This document shows, one piece after another, positions 57,094 through 60,464 of a stretch of 60,464 nt of DNA. This DNA comes from Saprolegnia diclina VS20. Taxonomy: Eukaryota. Below the pieces are notes generated by a model that saw only the letters and a program-made list of their open reading frames with translations, ran no database searches and was not told where the DNA came from. The stretch lies in assembly GCF_000281045.1 (NCBI RefSeq), contig NW_008246069.1, positions 1,019,683-1,080,146 of the forward strand. Reading direction: 5' to 3'. The position numbers were made by a program, and so were the translations under genes. Every line of letters starts with the position of its first letter. Within the stretch, counting starts at the first letter, position 1.

Positions 57094-57898
57094 GGTGTCG
57101 AGAACGAGGCGAGTTGGAAAATGAGAGACGATCGCAGCGTTCTTGCATCGCCGAGACGAGTGCTTTGCGTGATCGCAGGTGGCGTCGTTGTGGCGCGATC
57201 GAACACGGTTCCGTTCGTCAAGGTATAGTGAGTCACGTGGGACAGCAGGACGAAATGTGTGGTCGAGACGGCCACGAGATGGCCATCTGTTTGCGTGTAA
57301 CGTGGAGGAGTCGAGATTGCAGGACGACGTTCGTTGCATGGTATGCACAGTACATGGAGGTGCGCGCACAAACCATTCTCATGTTGCACTTGCCGTGTGT
57401 TTTATGTGATAAATCTTAGGGACTAGGAATCTTAGGTGACGAGATCGAATCCGAGATTGGTTCTGCCAGTATGTACGGTAGTCCCGAACGATCAAGACCA
57501 GAAGAAGCATTGGACGACTGGTTGTCTCTGGCTGGTTCTCGAAAACAGAATAATATCTAGTGTAGTCGCTTCGGCGCCAAGAGAAGCGCGGCGCGCCTGC
57601 TTTTGGCTATCTTTTGCGAGCTGAGGCTAGCCAGTGTATTTTGTGACGCAGCCGGCGGCGCAGCGCGTCGCTGTAAGACGAGCTCATCTTGGCCACCGAG
57701 ATGTCGCTTGACTGACTCTAGAGTGTGATGGAATTTGCTGCTCGTAGTGCTGGACCATCCGAATGAGTGAGCTCAAGCTGAACAGCGGTGATCCCGGTCA
57801 AAAAAAGTAGACCGCCTTGCTATTGGGTTTGGTGTTGAGCTTTCGGCATATTTTTGGTGCAGCTATAATTGGATTCCGTGTTATTCATGGACCAGACG

Positions 57899-59515
57899 AT
57901 GTCAAGAGTCCATCGTCGGTGGCTGTTCGACCGGCGAGTGGTCCACCGAGAAGCGGCCGCAGCGTCGCCTTCAACAAATGGTCTGTTGCGACGAGTCTCT
58001 TATTTGCCGTAAACGCCGCCATCATGTATACAAGTGTCGTCCGTGAACCGCTTGCTCACATGCGCTAGGCCAATGAAGGCCTACATCTCTGAGCCACTTC
58101 CGTGGATGACCAATGTGCGAACTGACTGGACTGCCGAGTGCGCTGTGAACACAACTGCATGCAAGGAGCGCATCTTGATGCTCGGTCGCAACCAGAGCCA
58201 GCACCTTCGTCCAGGAGGTGCGTTCGCATACGGACCAGCCTTTGATGTCACCCGCCAAACGGTCCTCCTTGATCCGCACAGCCCGACCCCGCTTCTTTTG
58301 CGGATGCCTCTCTCGCAGTACTTTTCGGTGGCGCTGCGGCGTGATACGATGGCCTTAGACAATGGGGCGCTGGCCGTCAACGACTTTGGCAGTGTCTTGG
58401 TGTCTCGCTTCCTTCGCATTCCCGTAGCGTATACGGCGTTTTGGGCCGTCAATACGACGACGGGAAGCGTCGAGATGTATGGCGCAATGCAGCTACCCCT
58501 ATTCACCGTCGCTTTTGGTGCTCTCAAGTTTGGTATGCGCGCGGTCATGACTACGTACATTGTGTGGCTCATGTAGTATCAGTACTATCGCACCTACCTT
58601 CATTTACGGCGAAATCTCGTCGCCTTCGGTTTGTATGGCGGGTCAACGTACGAGATTCTCGTGGGCGACCCAACGAGCGTCGTGCTGCTCAACCCATTTG
58701 TCACGTGTGCATTCTTGCTCGACACGTTGTTTTCAGTCGACTACCTCTGCCGCTGCATGATCCGAGTTTGCCAAGTTTACGACCTAGTCGCTTTTGGCCT
58801 CGCTACGCTCTACCTCTCGCGGACTATTTGGTTTGCGTATGCTGCCCTCGGCGTCTCCTCGGCGCTACTCAAGAGGGTGCGCCGCGTGCAGTTTAGTGCT
58901 CTCGACACGACGTCGGTGGCCCTAGTAGTCTCGCTGCTCGCAGGGCCTTTGACGTACCTCCAGTCGCAGACGCTGGCCTTTATCGACTTATACTTTTACG
59001 CGGGATCCAACCTTCCCGGTGTCCCCGACGACTCGATAGAGTCTGCCGTTCTCTGCGTCATTTACATTGCGACGATCGGACTCTTGCCTGTAGCAGTGGG
59101 TCTGCTGCTTCCGCATTTGCGTCGACTCGCCAACGCGCCGGCGTCGATACCCTTTGACATAAAAGCTCGGTGCATGCTACTACTGGCGACGCTCCCTGTC
59201 TGCAAGCAACGCTCTCGACACCAAAGAGCCTCCAGCCATCTTGGGACGATGGAGGCTGGGGGTACCTTTCATCAGCTCATGCTTCAGCAGCCTCTGTACT
59301 GACGCCACTTGTGTCTGAGCCAACGAAGCGCCGACTGCTATGTTATCGTGGACTCGTCGCCGCCGCGCCGCGTGTGCTTGACGCTGCTGGCGTTCATGGA
59401 TCTTCCTGTTGTGCCCACGGCGCATCCGACTGTTGTTGGCACGATCCAAGTAGACATCAATAGCGGTGGGCATGCGGTGTACCAAGGCAGCCGTGCTTCT
59501 CCTTGGGTCCAGTAG
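57899..59515 (+). pseudogene. Disrupted oomycete-specific multi-pass membrane protein gene
   Basis: One reading frame (MPMKAYISEPLPW...ILVGDPTSVVLLNP...YLSRTIWFAY...LAGPLTYLQ...GG..LCLSQRSADCYV) interrupted by in-frame TAG at 58574 and TGA at 59300. A probable 1-nt frameshift follows ATG 57899 (MSRVH/P...). GT-AG intron at ~58026-58068. Confidence 0.7.
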
Positions 59516-60060
59516 CCTTGCGGTGTGGCCAATGCCCCAACTACTAAGACCATACATCTTCAATGCAACGTTATCGACGTTTACACGTCTCGTCTTCATC
59601 ATGGTACGGTTGAAGCGAGTCGCTTTCGATATAATTCCGTTGGTCAACCGAAGCGCCATACCTCGTCATCATCGACCCTCACAACGCGTGACGCAGCAGG
59701 GCGGCAGCTCACCGTCCACCAATATCATTTATAACCCGACATAACACCTGTCGAGATTGTCTTAACGTTATCAGGCTAATTGTCAGGACATTATGGGACA
59801 TACAACCTACGAGAGAGGTGGGCAAAACCTCCGAGCGGAGGGAGAAAGCCCCTAACCTCAGTGCGAAAACAGCCCATAAAAGGGGCTGGATAAAACCACT
59901 CGAACGAAAAGTGACACAGATGTGTCATCTTCGCGTCGGCTGACGAGCCTCTGGAGTTGCTCTTCTGACACAAATGAACCAAGAGTACACATGACGCATG
60001 ACCGTTACCAGCAATGTTTATCAAACACATTTATCTATAGACGACTAGACAGCTCGACGC

Positions 60061-60464
60061 TTAGACACGGCGGAGACGGCGGGTCGTGTCATCATCCTCG
60101 TCGTTGTCCTCCGTCGTCGTCGTTTCGAGACTGCCATACTCGACCGCGGGCCGGCACTGGAAAAAGTACTCTGTGATTTCGCCGCAGTGGTAGCCGTCGA
60201 CGCAAGTCGTGGCTCCGATAAAGTCCTTGCCGCCGCACTGCATGTAGGCCGCGACCTTGTCGCTCGTGCCCTCCGAGTCGGGGCGGCACTGGAAGTAGAA
60301 CGGGTTGTACTTGACGCAGTGAGCGCCCTCGACGCACTCGGTGTCGCCCTTGTAGTTGGAGCCGCCGCACTGGTAGTAGAGAGCAACCTTGCCGTTGGAC
60401 GGCTTGTCGGTTGGCGCGTCCGTCGGGTACTCGGGGTCCGACGTGGGTTGCGCCGTCGGCTTGG
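60061..60464 (-). CDS. 3' part of a secreted CBM1 x2 protein, probable third AA17-CBM1 paralog (5' end outside the window)
   Basis: PTDKPSNGKVALYYQCGGSNYKGDTEC...QC and AYMQCGGKDFIGATTC...FFQC, ending EDNDEDDDTTRRLRRV*. DNA near 60361-60410 is nearly identical to 56181-56232. Confidence 0.75.
   Translation of the reverse strand, partial: KPTAQPTSDPEYPTDAPTDKPSNGKVALYYQCGGSNYKGDTECVEGAHCVKYNPFYFQCRPDSEGTSDKVAAYMQCGGKDFIGATTCVDGYHCGEITEYFFQCRPAVEYGSLETTTTEDNDEDDDTTRRLRRV

Overview
Eukaryotic, GC-rich, gene-dense DNA with short (~45-60 nt) GT-AG introns. Gene content suggests an oomycete, probably Saprolegniales (Saprolegnia/Achlya-like); this is an inference. About 28 protein-coding loci are supported. 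Housekeeping and regulatory genes include WDR12/YTM1, a WDR76-like WD40 protein, a VLCAD/ACAD9-type acyl-CoA dehydrogenase, a MATE transporter, a PSP1-domain protein, an ankyrin-U-box ligase, a TPR-2OG oxygenase, a Cys-type bZIP, a PHD/triple-homeodomain protein and a RUN-RhoGAP-ELMO-SH3b protein. Secreted carbohydrate-active genes are two complete AA17-like LPMO-CBM1 genes plus a truncated third paralog, a GH6-PAN/Apple cellulase and a PL7 lyase. There is also a large gapped membrane-protein gene and a pseudogene. The most striking unexplained element is a cluster of four intronless ~60-aa micropeptide genes (18.2-20.8 kb) sharing MPL..AQC.LHT..P at the N-terminus and an invariant C-terminal EH...TTWRGCR-stop, with synonymous codon divergence. 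Other candidates are a pair of small 2-TM proteins resembling the Na+/K+-ATPase beta-subunit membrane anchor, and a C-terminal RLRR[AV] tail shared by three adjacent secreted glycan enzymes. No rRNA, tRNA, CRISPR array or intact mobile element was recognised. Exon boundaries were read by eye and domain calls rest on motif recognition, not database searches.
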